From assembly GCA_965235115.1 (NCBI GenBank), contig OZ249447.1, forward strand, positions 20,274,001 through 20,338,000: a DNA stretch of 64,000 nt, written 5' to 3'. This document shows, in pieces, positions 53,552 to 63,863 of the stretch; the stretch's first letter is position 1, and each line of letters opens with the position of its first letter. The position numbers and the translations under genes are program-made. The notes under the pieces were generated by a model, which worked only from the letters and a program-made list of their open reading frames with translations, was not told the origin of the DNA and made no database searches. The stretch is from Laetmonice hystrix. Its lineage: Eukaryota.

Positions 53552-53721
53552 TGAAAGTTTACAAATGTGAGGAGATGGCAGATAACTGCGGTGAGTGTTT
53601 GACGGTGAGCCATAAGTACAACTGTGGTTGGTGCCACACCAAATGTTCCATCCAGCGCAAGTGTTCCAGCCACAACTGGCTCAACTCAAGCCTCGACTGC
53701 CCCAACCCTAAGATCACACAG
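53552..53721 (+). CDS. PlexA: Plexin-A exon, PSI3 (VKVYKCEEMADNCGECL...CGWC...CPNPKITQ), phase 1-0
   Basis: cttctccag|TG ... CAG|gtatgc. Confidence 0.95.
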
Positions 53722-54028
53722 GTATGCCTACTCCCATTGTCTGCCATTCAATCATTTGGTAAGATAGAAACAAAAGAATTTAAGATAGGTGCGATTTGGA
53801 AGTCAACTTGGAAGGTGGTATAATAGGAATGTTTGTATCCACCGGAAAATCGGAAATATGTTTTCTGTACTGGAAAGTTTCTATTAGATAATTATCCATT
53901 TTAAGGTGACTGAAGTTTTCATATTTTTATTTTCTTCCACCGAGGTTACATGTATGTCACATTTGGTCCTAGAAAGCCTTAGATTTCTTTGAACCCTGAT
54001 AGAATTATTTTTGTGGTGTGTTTGACAG

Positions 54029-54180
54029 TTCATGCCGAGGACGGGGCCGTTGAAGGGTGGCACACGGGTGACTATTGACGGTGAAAACCTGGGCAAAGTT
54101 TATGATGACATTAAAGCCGGGGTACAGGTGGCTGGACAACCGTGTGAGCCAGACCCTGCCGCTTACAAACCCGCTCAAAG
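54029..54180 (+). CDS. PlexA: Plexin-A exon, IPT1 first half (FMPRTGPLKGGTRVTIDGENLG...PAQ), phase 0-2
   Basis: gtttgacag|TTC ... AAAG|gtaagc; PxxGPxxGGTxVTIxGxNLG. Confidence 0.95.
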
Positions 54181-54340
54181 GTAAGCTCAAACTATACACA
54201 GACCACTATAGGGTCGGCATCTTATATCTGGGGGATTTCAGGACAAGCTTTACACAATATGATCAGATCTGGAAAAAAACGTGGCTAATGCGGAATTTAA
54301 CATTATGAGCGATTGGAGTATTTTTTGGGTATATTTAACC

Positions 54341-55704
54341 GGTGTCAGTGATGATGGTTACTATAATGTGTTTGATGTCGACAGGGTGGTGTGTATAACG
54401 GGTGTCAGTGATGATGGTTACTATAATGTGTTTGATGTCGACAGGGTGGTGTGTATAACTGGTGTCAGTGATGATGGTTACTATAATGTGTTTGATGTCG
54501 ACAGGGTGGTGTGTATAACGGGTGATGATGGTTACTATAATGTGTTTGATGTCGACAGGGTGGTGTGTATAACGGGTGTCAGTGAGGATGGTTCCTATAA
54601 TGTGTTTGATGTCGACAGGGTGGTGTGTTTAACGGGTGTCAGTGAGGATGGTTACTATAATGTGTTTGATGTCGACAGGGTGGTGTGTATAACGGGTGTC
54701 AGTGAGGATGGTTCCTATAATGTGTTTGATGTCGACAGGGTGGTGTGTATAACGGGTGTCAGTGATGATGGTTACTATAATGTGTTTGATGTCGACGGGG
54801 TGGTGTGTATAATGGGTGTCAGTGATGATGGTTACTATAATGTGTTTGATGTCGACGGGGTGGTGTGTATAATGGGTGATGATGGTTACTATAATGTGTT
54901 TGATGTCGACAGGGTGGTGTGTATAACGGGTGTCAGTGATGATGGTTACTATAATGTGTTTGATGTCGACAGGGTGGTGTGTATAACGGGTGTCAGTGAG
55001 GATGGTTACTATAATGTGTTTGATGTCGACAGGGTGGTGTGTATAACAGGTGTCAGTGAGGATGGTTCCTATAATGTGTTTGATGTCGACAGGGTGGTGT
55101 GTATAATGGGTGATGATGGTTACTATAATGTGTTTGATGTCGACAGGGTGGTGTGTATAACAGGTGTCAGTGATGATGGTTACTATAATGTGTTTGATGT
55201 CGACAGGGTGGTGTGTATAACTGGTGTCAGTGATGATGGTTACTATAATGTGTTTGATGTCGACAGGGTGGTGTGTATAACGGGTGTCAGTGATGATGGT
55301 TACTATAATGTGTTTGATGTCGACAGGGTGGTGTGTATAACAGGTGTCAGTGATGATGGTTACTATAATGTGTTTGATGTCGACAGGGTGGTGTGTATAA
55401 CGGGTGTCAGTGATGATGGTTACTATAATGTGTTTGATGTCGACAGGGTGGTGTGTATAACAGGTGTCAGTGATGATGGTTACTATAATGTGTTTGATGT
55501 CGACAGGGTGGTGTGTATAACGGGTGTCAGTGATGATGGTTACTATAATGTGTTTGATGTCGACAGGGTGGTGTGTATAACGGGTGATGATGGTTACTAT
55601 AATGTGTTTGATGTCGACAGGGTGGTGTGTATAACGGGTGATGATGGTTACTATAATGTGTTTGATGTCGACAGGGTGGTGTGTATAACGGGTGTCAGTG
55701 ATGA
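54341..55704 (+). repeat. 60/54-bp tandem array, 23 copies; unit = 30 nt intron end with acceptor + first 30 nt of the IPT1b exon; open in the plexin frame
   Basis: tggttactataatgtgtttgatgtcgacag|ggtggtgtgtataacgggtgtcagtgatga; translates as (GVSDDGYYNVFDVDRVVCIT)n. Confidence 0.97.
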
Positions 55705-55780
55705 AGTCAAGTCGGGCAAGGTGGCAGTAACTGTGCGAAACCACTACAGCTTCACGTCTAGTCAGGAGTTCTCCTACGTG
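55675..55780 (+). CDS. PlexA: Plexin-A exon, IPT1 second half (RVVCITGVSDEVKSGKVAVTVRNHYSFTSSQEFSYV), phase 2-0; minimal form using the last acceptor of the array
   Basis: gtcgacag|G GTG ... GTG|gtaagt; 20 further in-frame copies of the acceptor upstream make the true 5' boundary uncertain. Confidence 0.85.
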
Positions 55781-56413
55781 GTAAGTAGCCCCCACCCCCA
55801 CCCCATCACCCATTACAGAACCCCCTCCCCCTCCCCGACCCCTCCTTGGCCTTTACATGGGGAGACGCTTGGAATGAGGCCAAGAGCAATGAAACACCTT
55901 AGGGGCTTTTATCCTAGATTGCAAACCCACCGTATCAGGCTTGGATGATTTGATAACGGTCTAAATGGGATGCTGACAAGATTGAATTGCGTTTTTGGCT
56001 CTGAAATGGTCACGTCAATTAATTATCTTAGGTTGAATCCCTGATGATTGAGAAACGTAAGAGATGTCAACTAATGAGTCTACACTGACCTGCTCTCTAG
56101 TCATTTCCTCCCGTCTGTGTCTGAATAATTCAAAGTCATATAAGCAGCTGTAGCCAAGCTGACCCAAACATTCGGAATTTTCAGTCGGGGGGGGGGGGGC
56201 AAGGTCCAGAATTTTCAGTGATATAAGCAGCTGTAGCTAAGCTGACCCAAACAGGGGCGGATTCGGAATTTTTAGTCTGGAGGAGGGGGGGACCCAAGGT
56301 CCAGAATTTTCAGTCGCGAGGCAGGACCCAAGGTCCAGAATTTTCAGTCGGTGTTCAGAATGTTTGGAAGGGATAGATCAAGGCATGAGAGTTGATATCT
56401 GTTTGATTCACAG

Positions 56414-56550
56414 AGACCGGTGCTCACCGACTTCTCCCCGACCCGTGGTCCCCAGTCGGGCGGTACGAGGCTGACCATCGCCGGGGAACATATGAATACA
56501 GGCACAAACACGACCATCACTGTGGCCAGACTGCCCTGTTCTCTCATCAT
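56414..56550 (+). CDS. PlexA: Plexin-A exon, IPT2 (RPVLTDFSPTRGPQSGGTRLTIAGEHMNTG...CSLI), phase 0-2
   Basis: attcacag|AGA ... AT|gtaagt. Confidence 0.94.
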
Positions 56551-56853
56551 GTAAGTCTTAGTCTCTTAGTATCAAATGTGTTGGTTTATAGACATGGGTA
56601 ATAGATACATCCATGTATGCTATAATCATGTTATTATCGGGCTTGCCTAAAGAGAGAGGAAACAAATGTTTACTACTGATAAAATATTAGATTTGTAGTC
56701 CCACAGAACTATAATTTTGTGCTGGAAAACTCCTTTTAAAAAACTGCTTAAATTGTGATCTCCTGAGGCTACGGACCCGAACATTATAGGAAGTATAATT
56801 AGAACGATTTAACGACGATTGTACGTGACCGTTTAATTTTATCTTCCGTACAG

Positions 56854-57018
56854 GAAAAGTGAATCGACAGCGGTGTGTATGACGTCACCGTCTGCCGACA
56901 CGACCAGCGGTCACGTGGTGGTTCACTTTGACCGGGCCAGTATCGAGCATCCCAGTGTATACAAATACGTCCTTGACCCCAACGTCACGGGAGTCTACCC
57001 ACTCAAGGTCATTCTAAG
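56854..57018 (+). CDS. PlexA: Plexin-A exon, IPT2 end/IPT3 start (KSESTAVCMT...YKYVLDPNVTGVYPLKVIL), phase 2-2
   Basis: ccgtacag|G ... AG|gtcagc. Confidence 0.92.
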
Positions 57019-57291
57019 GTCAGCCCGAACTCCTTTAACTACAGGGTCATGTATGGGTTCAGACAATGCATTAAGTCGGCACTGTTTATGTCAAAAGGGG
57101 AAAACGGTATGACGTACAATTTTTATTTTTAAGAAAGCTAACAAGCATGAAACATTTCAGATGTGTGTTTTCACGATGTATAAAGGAATATGTTGGTTTT
57201 AAAGTGTGAAACAACAAAATGTTGATGTGCAGTAAGAAATGTACACCAAGAGTCAGGACCTGATATGAGAATGATTCTCTGATTCTTACAG

Positions 57292-57385
57292 TGGTGGGAT
57301 GAAGCTAACCGTGACTGGCACTAACCTGGATTCGGTACAAGACCCCAAGATGTTACTACAGATCGCTGACCAGGAGTTTGTTGGG
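57292..57385 (+). CDS. PlexA: Plexin-A exon, IPT3 (SGGMKLTVTGTNLDSVQDPKMLLQIADQEFVG), phase 2-0
   Basis: ttcttacag|T ... GGG|gtaagt. Confidence 0.93.
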
Positions 57386-57731
57386 GTAAGTCTTCAGTAG
57401 TTCTCAACAGTCCCCAACCCCCAATCAAAGTTTCTGGTTTCAAGCTCAGATTATCCCCTCATGGTTTTGATTAAAAGAACCAGTATTGCAATGTTTCTTT
57501 GTAAATCAGTTATAAATCATGCAGATACTTTAAAATTATAAAAATTAAAAATTCTCCTTCTATCCTCATCCTTAGCCTAACCTCTCCCCTCTCCCCCTCC
57601 CCCACCCCCTACGACCCCCATCCACCTACCGCCCCAAGAAAGCCCCGGCCCCTAACCCGGTTTCCCGCCAACCTCTACCTCCGAGAAAATGTCATCCTTA
57701 ATGATAACCCAATGTTTGTGTGTGTTACCAG

Positions 57732-57989
57732 GAATGCAGTGTGAGGAACAGCAGCATCATGTTGTGTCGCTCCCCGAACCTGAAGGGGGCCGACATCTCG
57801 CCACCCACAGAGAAGGAACCAGTTTTGTTACCATTTGGCTTCCTACTTGACAACGTGACGGCACTGCGCTCCTATACCCAGCACCACGGCGGCGACCGCC
57901 TCGCCTTCTACCCAGACCCGGTGTTTACGGCCTTCAAAGACGGCACGAAACGGGTCCAGGCCAAGGAGGACGACCATCTCACCATCAAC
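57732..57989 (+). CDS. PlexA: Plexin-A exon, IPT3 end/IPT4 start (ECSVRNSSIMLCRSP...GFLLDNV...FYPDPVF...LTIN), phase 0-0
   Basis: gttaccag|GAA ... AAC|gtacgg. Confidence 0.93.
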
Positions 57990-58162
57990 GTACGGCTACC
58001 TGCTTCTTACTACTTCTAGGGCTCGACGGAGGGTTAACACACCTGTAGTGGTGGGGAGGGTCAAGGGCCTGGGTCCGGTTTCTAAAATCTTAAGATCTGA
58101 CTTAAGTTTAGGCTTAACGCTTCTGATTGGCTGGTCTGCTTAGACCAGCCACTCAGGGCCCA

Positions 58163-58274
58163 GGGCCCGGGTCACAAGCAAAGTTAAGTCAATTTTAATT
58201 AACTTGAAATCCATTTTAACCAATCAGATTCAAGTCAATTCAAATTTAATTGACTTTGTTTGTGAACCGGGCCC
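58163..58274. mobile_element. 112-bp MITE-like element with GGGCCCGG termini, abutting/truncating a CCAAT-hairpin element
   Basis: gggcccgggtcacaagcaaag ... ctttgtttgtgaaccgggccc. Confidence 0.65.
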
Positions 58275-58384
58275 ATCTCTTAAAAGCTTAATATTTTGCT
58301 TAAGACTAGCAGATAGTGCCCATATGACGGTGCTGTCATGTTTCTGGACCCAATGTCTGACTGTGTATTGTGTTGTGTCTCCAG

Positions 58385-58775
58385 GGTCAGTTCCTGAACC
58401 TAGCACTGACCAGCGACGACGTTGTGGTCAAGGTGGGCTCGGCCGACTGCGTTGTGACAACCATCAGCAGTACCTACCTCATCTGTACCCCACCCGGCCC
58501 GCAAGTCGAGGGTGTCGGCACCAACCCGCGGGTCACCGTCCACGTGGGCGCCAACCTCACCCACAACATCGGCAGCCTCAAGTACGAGAGCATGCAGATC
58601 CTGCCCTTCCCAGCCATCATCGGCATCGGGGCTGGAGGCGGCATCCTCGTCCTCATCATCATCATCGTCTGCATCGCTTACAGACAGAAGTCGCGGGAGA
58701 GCGACAGAGTCATGAAGCGCATGCAGAATCAGATGGACGTGTTGGAGGCGCGAGTCGCCAAGGAGTGCAAGGAGG
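58385..58775 (+). CDS. PlexA: Plexin-A exon, IPT4 + transmembrane helix + juxtamembrane coil, phase 0-1
   Basis: tctccag|GGT ... GAGG|gtaagt; TM AIIGIGAGGGILVLIIIIVCIAY followed by RQKSRESDRVMKRMQNQMDVLEARVAKECKE. Confidence 0.96.
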
Positions 58776-58999
58776 GTAAGTGGAGAGGCTTGGTCGTTGT
58801 TCAGTTTGTATACAGGGTGGGTCAAATTCAGGGTTTGTTCAGGACAGGATGGAAAATTCTGAAAACTAAGGGAAGGATGGAGTCGGGCCAGTGAAGTTTG
58901 GTGTACCAGAACCAGGATCCAATTTTTTGTTTTGTTTTTTGATTTTTTTAAATGGTTGTTTTTGGTTGTGTTGTATTGTATGCCTTGTGATGTTTGCAG

Positions 59000-59151
59000 C
59001 ATTTGCGGAGCTCCAGACGGATATGACGGAGTTAACCAGCGACCTGTCCGGGCCCGTCGGGATACCATTCCGTGACTACCGCAGTTTCTGCATGCATGTT
59101 TTATTCCCGCTCGCCAGTGAGAAAGACCACCCTGTGATGCGCCCTCTAGAG
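59000..59151 (+). CDS. PlexA: Plexin-A exon, cytoplasmic ([16 protein letters not shown]...GIPFRDY...HPVMRPLE), phase 1-0
   Basis: tgtttgcag|CA ... GAG|gtaggt. Confidence 0.96.
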
Positions 59152-59587
59152 GTAGGTGTTGAAATCAGTCGGTGAACTGGCCAGTCCTGACAGTGTCTTG
59201 ATTTCACCTGTCAAAATGTAATCGGTGTTTTTGCTTGGTCGGGACGTTAGGAAATAGGCTGAGCACTCATCAGGTGGAAAAAGTCTTGCCCTCCTGAAAT
59301 GAGTCATGAAATGACATGCTTTATTTATTGACGTCATGGGTTTGTCATTGACCTTTTCAAGGCATTTTGTTCCTGAAAAACCACCGGAATGACCAAATAA
59401 CAGCATAACAAATGTTGACGCCAATATTCCACCCAATAAGGAGGCCCTGTAAAACCCAAGTGCAATAAGGCTGCACGCGGTCTTGAAATCAACCTGAAAG
59501 TCCTGGAATACTTTGGAAATATTCCTGATTTCGTTGGGTCTGTCCTCATTTCAATGCTGACCACTGATTTTGTTGTTGTTCCTACAG

Positions 59588-59778
59588 GTGGACGTTGGGC
59601 AGCGTGATGGCATTGAGCGGGGCTTGCGGTTGTTCAACCATCTGGTGCTCAACAAGACCTTCCTGTTGCTCTTCATACGGACACTCGAGTCCCACAAAGA
59701 CTTCTCAATGCGAGAGAGAGTCAATGTTGCTTCTCTCATCTCTGTGGCCCTCCAAGGTCGCATGGAGCACCACACAGA
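59588..59778 (+). CDS. PlexA: Plexin-A exon, GAP C1 (VDVGQRDGIERGLRLFNHLVLNKTFLLLFIRTLE...VALQGRMEHHT), phase 0-2
   Basis: tcctacag|GTG ... GA|gtaagt. Confidence 0.96.
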
Positions 59779-59805
59779 GTAAGTTTTGGGGGTCGTATTC
59801 CCCCT

Positions 59806-60438
59806 TTTGTGGGAGAGGTATTGTGATCGGGCTTAGGGGTGTGTTTGTGGGAGAGGTATTGTGATCGGGCTTAGGGGTGTGTTTGTGGGAGAGGTATTGT
59901 GATCGGGCTTAGGGGTGTGTTTGTGGGAGAGGTATTGTGATCGGGCTTAGGGGTGTGTTTGTGGGAGAGGTATTGTGATCGGGCTTAGGGGTGTGTTTGT
60001 GGGAGAGGTATTGTGATCGGGGTTAGGGGTGTGTTTGTGGGAGAGGTATTGGGATCGGGGTTAGGGGTGTGTTTGTGGGAGAGGTATTGTGATCGGGGTT
60101 AGGGGTGTGTTTGTGGGAGAGGTATTGTGATCGGGCTTAGGGGTGTGTTTGTGGGAGAGGTATTGGGATCGGGGTTAGGGGTGTGTTTGTGGGAGGGGTA
60201 TTGGGATCGGGGTTAGGGGTGTGTTTGTGGGAGAGGTATTGTGATCGGGCTTAGGGGTGTGTTTGTGGGAGAGGTATTGGGATCGGGGTTAGGGGTGTGT
60301 TTGTGGGAGAGGTATTGGGATCGGGGTTAGCGGTGTGTTTGTGGGAGAGGTATTGTGATCGGGCTTAGGGGTGTGTTTGTGGGAGAGGTATTGGGATCGG
60401 GGTTAGCGGTGTGTTTGTGGGAGAGGTATTGGGATCGG
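59806..60438. repeat. 38-bp G-rich minisatellite, ~16.5 copies, filling most of an intron
   Basis: tttgtgggagaggtattg(t/g)gatcggg(c/g)ttaggggtgtg. Confidence 0.96.
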
Positions 60439-60470
60439 ATATATTAATGTGTGCTTGTATTTGTTTGCAG

Positions 60471-60615
60471 CATTCTAAAAACTTTGCTGGCTGACCTCAT
60501 AGAAAGGTCAATGGAAGGTCGTAGTCATCCCAAGTTGCTGCTACGAAGGACAGAGTCCGTGGCAGAAAAGATGCTGACTAATTGGTTCACCTTTCTTCTA
60601 TATAAGTTTCTCAAG
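60471..60615 (+). CDS. PlexA: Plexin-A exon, GAP C1 with catalytic LLRRTES motif, phase 2-0
   Basis: tgtttgcag|C ... AAG|gtcagt; [30 protein letters not shown]. Confidence 0.97.
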
Positions 60616-60865
60616 GTCAGTTGTAGATTATATGTGATTGGATTCTGTGACCGTCGACGTAAACCTTGATGCAATCGGACATTGTTTCACCAAAAATATG
60701 TTAGGATTGTGAGAGATACGGATTACCGAATCATTTCAAAAAGTAAAAGTCTGTATGGATTAATGAAGCACGGATTATCAAGATCTGATTGCAATGAACT
60801 GTGGGTGAGTAACCATGCCGGTGTTTTCACACATAACAAATTTGGTTTGGTTTTTCTCTCGCCAG

Positions 60866-61012
60866 GAGTGTGCCGGTGAGCCCCTTTTTATGCTGTTTCG
60901 TGCTATCAAACAACAAGTTGACAAAGGACCAGTTGATGTGATTACCAGTGAGGCCAAATACTCGCTCAGTGAGGATAAACTGATACGGCAGCAGATCGAC
61001 TATCGTGTCATG
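60866..61012 (+). CDS. PlexA: Plexin-A exon ([24 protein letters not shown]...[18 protein letters not shown]), phase 0-0
   Basis: ctcgccag|GAG ... ATG|gtatgt. Confidence 0.97.
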
Positions 61013-61400
61013 GTATGTCCAACATAACCTTTCACCACTACTACATGTAGCCTACACAAATCGTAATATATACTCACCAAGAGTTCTATTTTGTGACTTT
61101 GATCAAGTCTAAGTGGTGCTTTCCCGTCCAGAGACCAGTTTCTGAAAACTGAAGATCATGTTTAAAAGTTAATGCTTAGGATTGGCTTGACTTCAGCATC
61201 CAGCCAATCAGAAGTTCTTAAGTTTATGCAAGATGTAAAATTTGACTGGACCTTGATCAGATATTGTCTTGTAGTAATGAGAGGGTTGTGTGAAGAGCCC
61301 GGTTGTGTGATGACCCCAGTGTTGTGATGACCCCGCTGGTGTGATGACCCCGCTTGTCTGATGACCCCGCTTGACCTGACCTGTTTTTGTTCATGATCAG

Positions 61401-61563
61401 ACGATCTCGGTGATTGACCCCGACGTGCAGTACGGGTCACAGGAGCACTCGGTCAAAGTGCTCGACTGTGACAGCATCTCTCAAGTCAAGGAGAAGATTC
61501 TCGATGCACTCTATAAAAACGCACCATTCTCTTCGCGTCCAGACAAAGATGATCTGGATCTTG
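61401..61563 (+). CDS. PlexA: Plexin-A exon, RBD (TISVIDP...[23 protein letters not shown]...DLDL), phase 0-1
   Basis: atgatcag|ACG ... CTTG|gtaggc. Confidence 0.96.
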
Positions 61564-61706
61564 GTAGGCAGATTTTTTTATACCTTAGAAAAGTATCTTA
61601 TTTGCCTAAATGAGTGGCTTCCATAAACCGTAGTAGAAGTAGAAATATGTTGTGTTTAAATTACACTAGTAGGTAGAGAGATACAAGAGAAATAATTCTA
61701 TTTCAG

Positions 61707-61907
61707 AATGGCGCACAGGGGTCAAAGGTCGAATAATCCTTCAAGACGAAGATGTGACGTCGAAGACAGAGGGCGAGTTTAAACGTATTAATACACTCGG
61801 CCATTACAAGGTGCCTGACTTCGCCCTCATGGCCCTTGTACCCAAACAGTCCTCATTGTACAACTTGTCCTTTGGGTCAGATCGGTCTGGCTCGCACCAT
61901 AAGCTCG
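61707..61907 (+). CDS. PlexA: Plexin-A exon, RBD ([19 protein letters not shown]...[10 protein letters not shown]...HHKL), phase 1-1
   Basis: ctatttcag|AA ... CTCG|gtaagt. Confidence 0.95.
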
Positions 61908-61932
61908 GTAAGTGTATGTTTCTTCTTGTTAC

Positions 61933-62552
61933 CTGTTACTGGTTACGTTTGCTATCGTCTTACAGTGTATTGTTACTGGTTACGTTTGCTATCATCTTAC
62001 AGTGTACTGTTACTGGTTACGTTTGCTATCGTCTTACAGTGTACTGTTACTTAGTTACGTTTGCTATCGTCTTACAGTGTATTGTTACTGGTTATGTTTG
62101 CTATCATCTTACAGTGTACTGTTACTGGTTACGTTTGCTATCATCTTACAGTGTAATGTTACTGGTTACGTTTGCTATCATCGTACAGTGTACTGTTATT
62201 GGTTACGTTTGCTGTCATCTTACAGTGTACTGTTCCTGGTTATGTTTGCTATCATCTTACAGTGTACTGTTACTGGTTACTTTTGCTATCATCTTACAGT
62301 GTACAGTTACTGGTTACATTTGCTATCATCTTACAGTGTACTGTTACTGGTTACGTTTGCTATCATCTTACAGTGTACTGTTACTGGTTACGTTTGCTAT
62401 CATCTTACGGTGTACATGTGTACTGTTACTGGTTACGCTTGCTATCATCTTACAGTGTACTGTTACTGGTTACGTTTGCTATCATCTTACAGTGTACTGT
62501 TACTGGTTACGTTTGCTATCATCTTACAGTGTACTGTTACTGGTTACGTTTG
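61933..62552. repeat. 37-bp minisatellite, ~17 copies, filling most of an intron
   Basis: tgttactggttacgtttgctatcatcttacagtgtac. Confidence 0.96.
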
Positions 62553-62580
62553 ATGAATGATGTGTATTGATGTGTTTCAG

Positions 62581-62678
62581 ATACGTACACCATGTCCGGC
62601 AGCCCGTCCCTTACCCGACCTCTAGCCCCCCAAACTATCCATCTGGAAATGGAGAGTGGCACCAAGTACTACCACCTG
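62581..62678 (+). CDS. PlexA: Plexin-A exon (DTYTMSGSPSLTRPLAPQTIHLEMESGTKYYHL), phase 1-0
   Basis: tgtttcag|AT ... CTG|gtgagt; ESGxKxxHL motif. Confidence 0.93.
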
Positions 62679-62959
62679 GTGAGTCATCCAGAATCTAATC
62701 TCGACCCAGTCTGGGATCATGGATTTTATATGGCTGGAAATGGATGAATGCTTGAGTATGCCCTACCGTGTTTGAGACAGTGGTGGGGCTGGTTGCGGTT
62801 CCCGAACGGTTATGTAACAGCATATGTGATTGGATGGCAAAGTGACAGGCGTTTGATTGGATGGAGATGTAACAGGTGTTTTAATTGGACAATAGCGATG
62901 TAACAAGTGTTTTGATTGGACGATGGTCATGTGACGGGTGCTGTGATTGGTTGACACAG

Positions 62960-63052
62960 GTTAAGCAGCATGACACAGAGCTTCAGAAGGAGGGAGACCG
63001 CGGTAGTAAGATGGTGTCCGAGATCTACCTCACACGTCTGCTAGCCACCAAG
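62960..63052 (+). CDS. PlexA: Plexin-A exon ([31 protein letters not shown]), phase 0-0
   Basis: tgacacag|GTT ... AAG|gtacgt. Confidence 0.96.
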
Positions 63053-63463
63053 GTACGTGCCACACTCTTTGTCATCTTGCTACTTGGAAGCAAAGTAGAA
63101 GAATAATAGATTTAATAATAGATTTAAATAAAGAAGGGGATCCATTAGTAAGTGAAGCCTACGATTTAACATTTAGAGCTACTAGCAAAGTTTTGCTAAT
63201 AACAATATTTTCATCTAGAAACAGGAATAATTCCATTAGCACAAAAAGAAACCTAAGTGTTTTTAAATGCATTTAATGTAATTTGTCTCTGATATTCTGT
63301 ATGTATTTCAACCAATGAAGATTTTTCTACTAGCCAAATGTACATATTAGGCAACAATTTGCTAGTTAACTAGTGTTAATTTCAAGCCTTAGTTATCGTG
63401 TTTGACATAAAATGCGAATCCAGTGAGCACAACCATTGCAAGGTATGATTTGGTGGGTTTCAG

Positions 63464-63633
63464 GGTACGCTGCAGCAATTTGTGGATGACTTGTTTGAGA
63501 CCATCTTCAGTACGACCAACAGAGGCACAGTGCTGCCACTGGCTATCAAATACATGTTTGACTTCCTGGACGACCAGGCCCTTCACCATGGAATCAACGA
63601 TCCCGAGGTAGTCCACACATGGAAGTCCAACAG
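63464..63633 (+). CDS. PlexA: Plexin-A exon, GAP C2 ([16 protein letters not shown]...[16 protein letters not shown]...HTWKSN), phase 0-2
   Basis: gggtttcag|GGT ... AG|gtaggc. Confidence 0.97.
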
Positions 63634-63863
63634 GTAGGCTACTCCTGACACCTCTCAAACTGTGTCAGAAAATTGGACCAGTCAAACATTTCATTCTCGC
63701 TTATACAAATTTAGAATTATTTAGAATCAAAAATCCGTTTTGCAGGAATAGAATGTCAGAATTTCAGTCCTGAAAAACTCCTCTAACTCTACGACCCTTA
63801 CATTATCATGAATGACGTTTTTTGTTGTAACTTTGAGGTAACTGTTTTTTCTTTCTGTTGCAG

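Noticed and set aside
54629-55813. 394-aa minus-strand ORF (TRYTHHPVDIKHIIVTIITD repeats)
   Set aside because: Antisense reading of the 60-bp array; the plus frame is the one continuous with plexin exons.
2505-62552. CRISPR-like appearance of regularly spaced repeats
   Set aside because: Units are head-to-tail without unique spacers, there are no cas genes, and the DNA is a spliceosomal-intron-containing eukaryotic locus.
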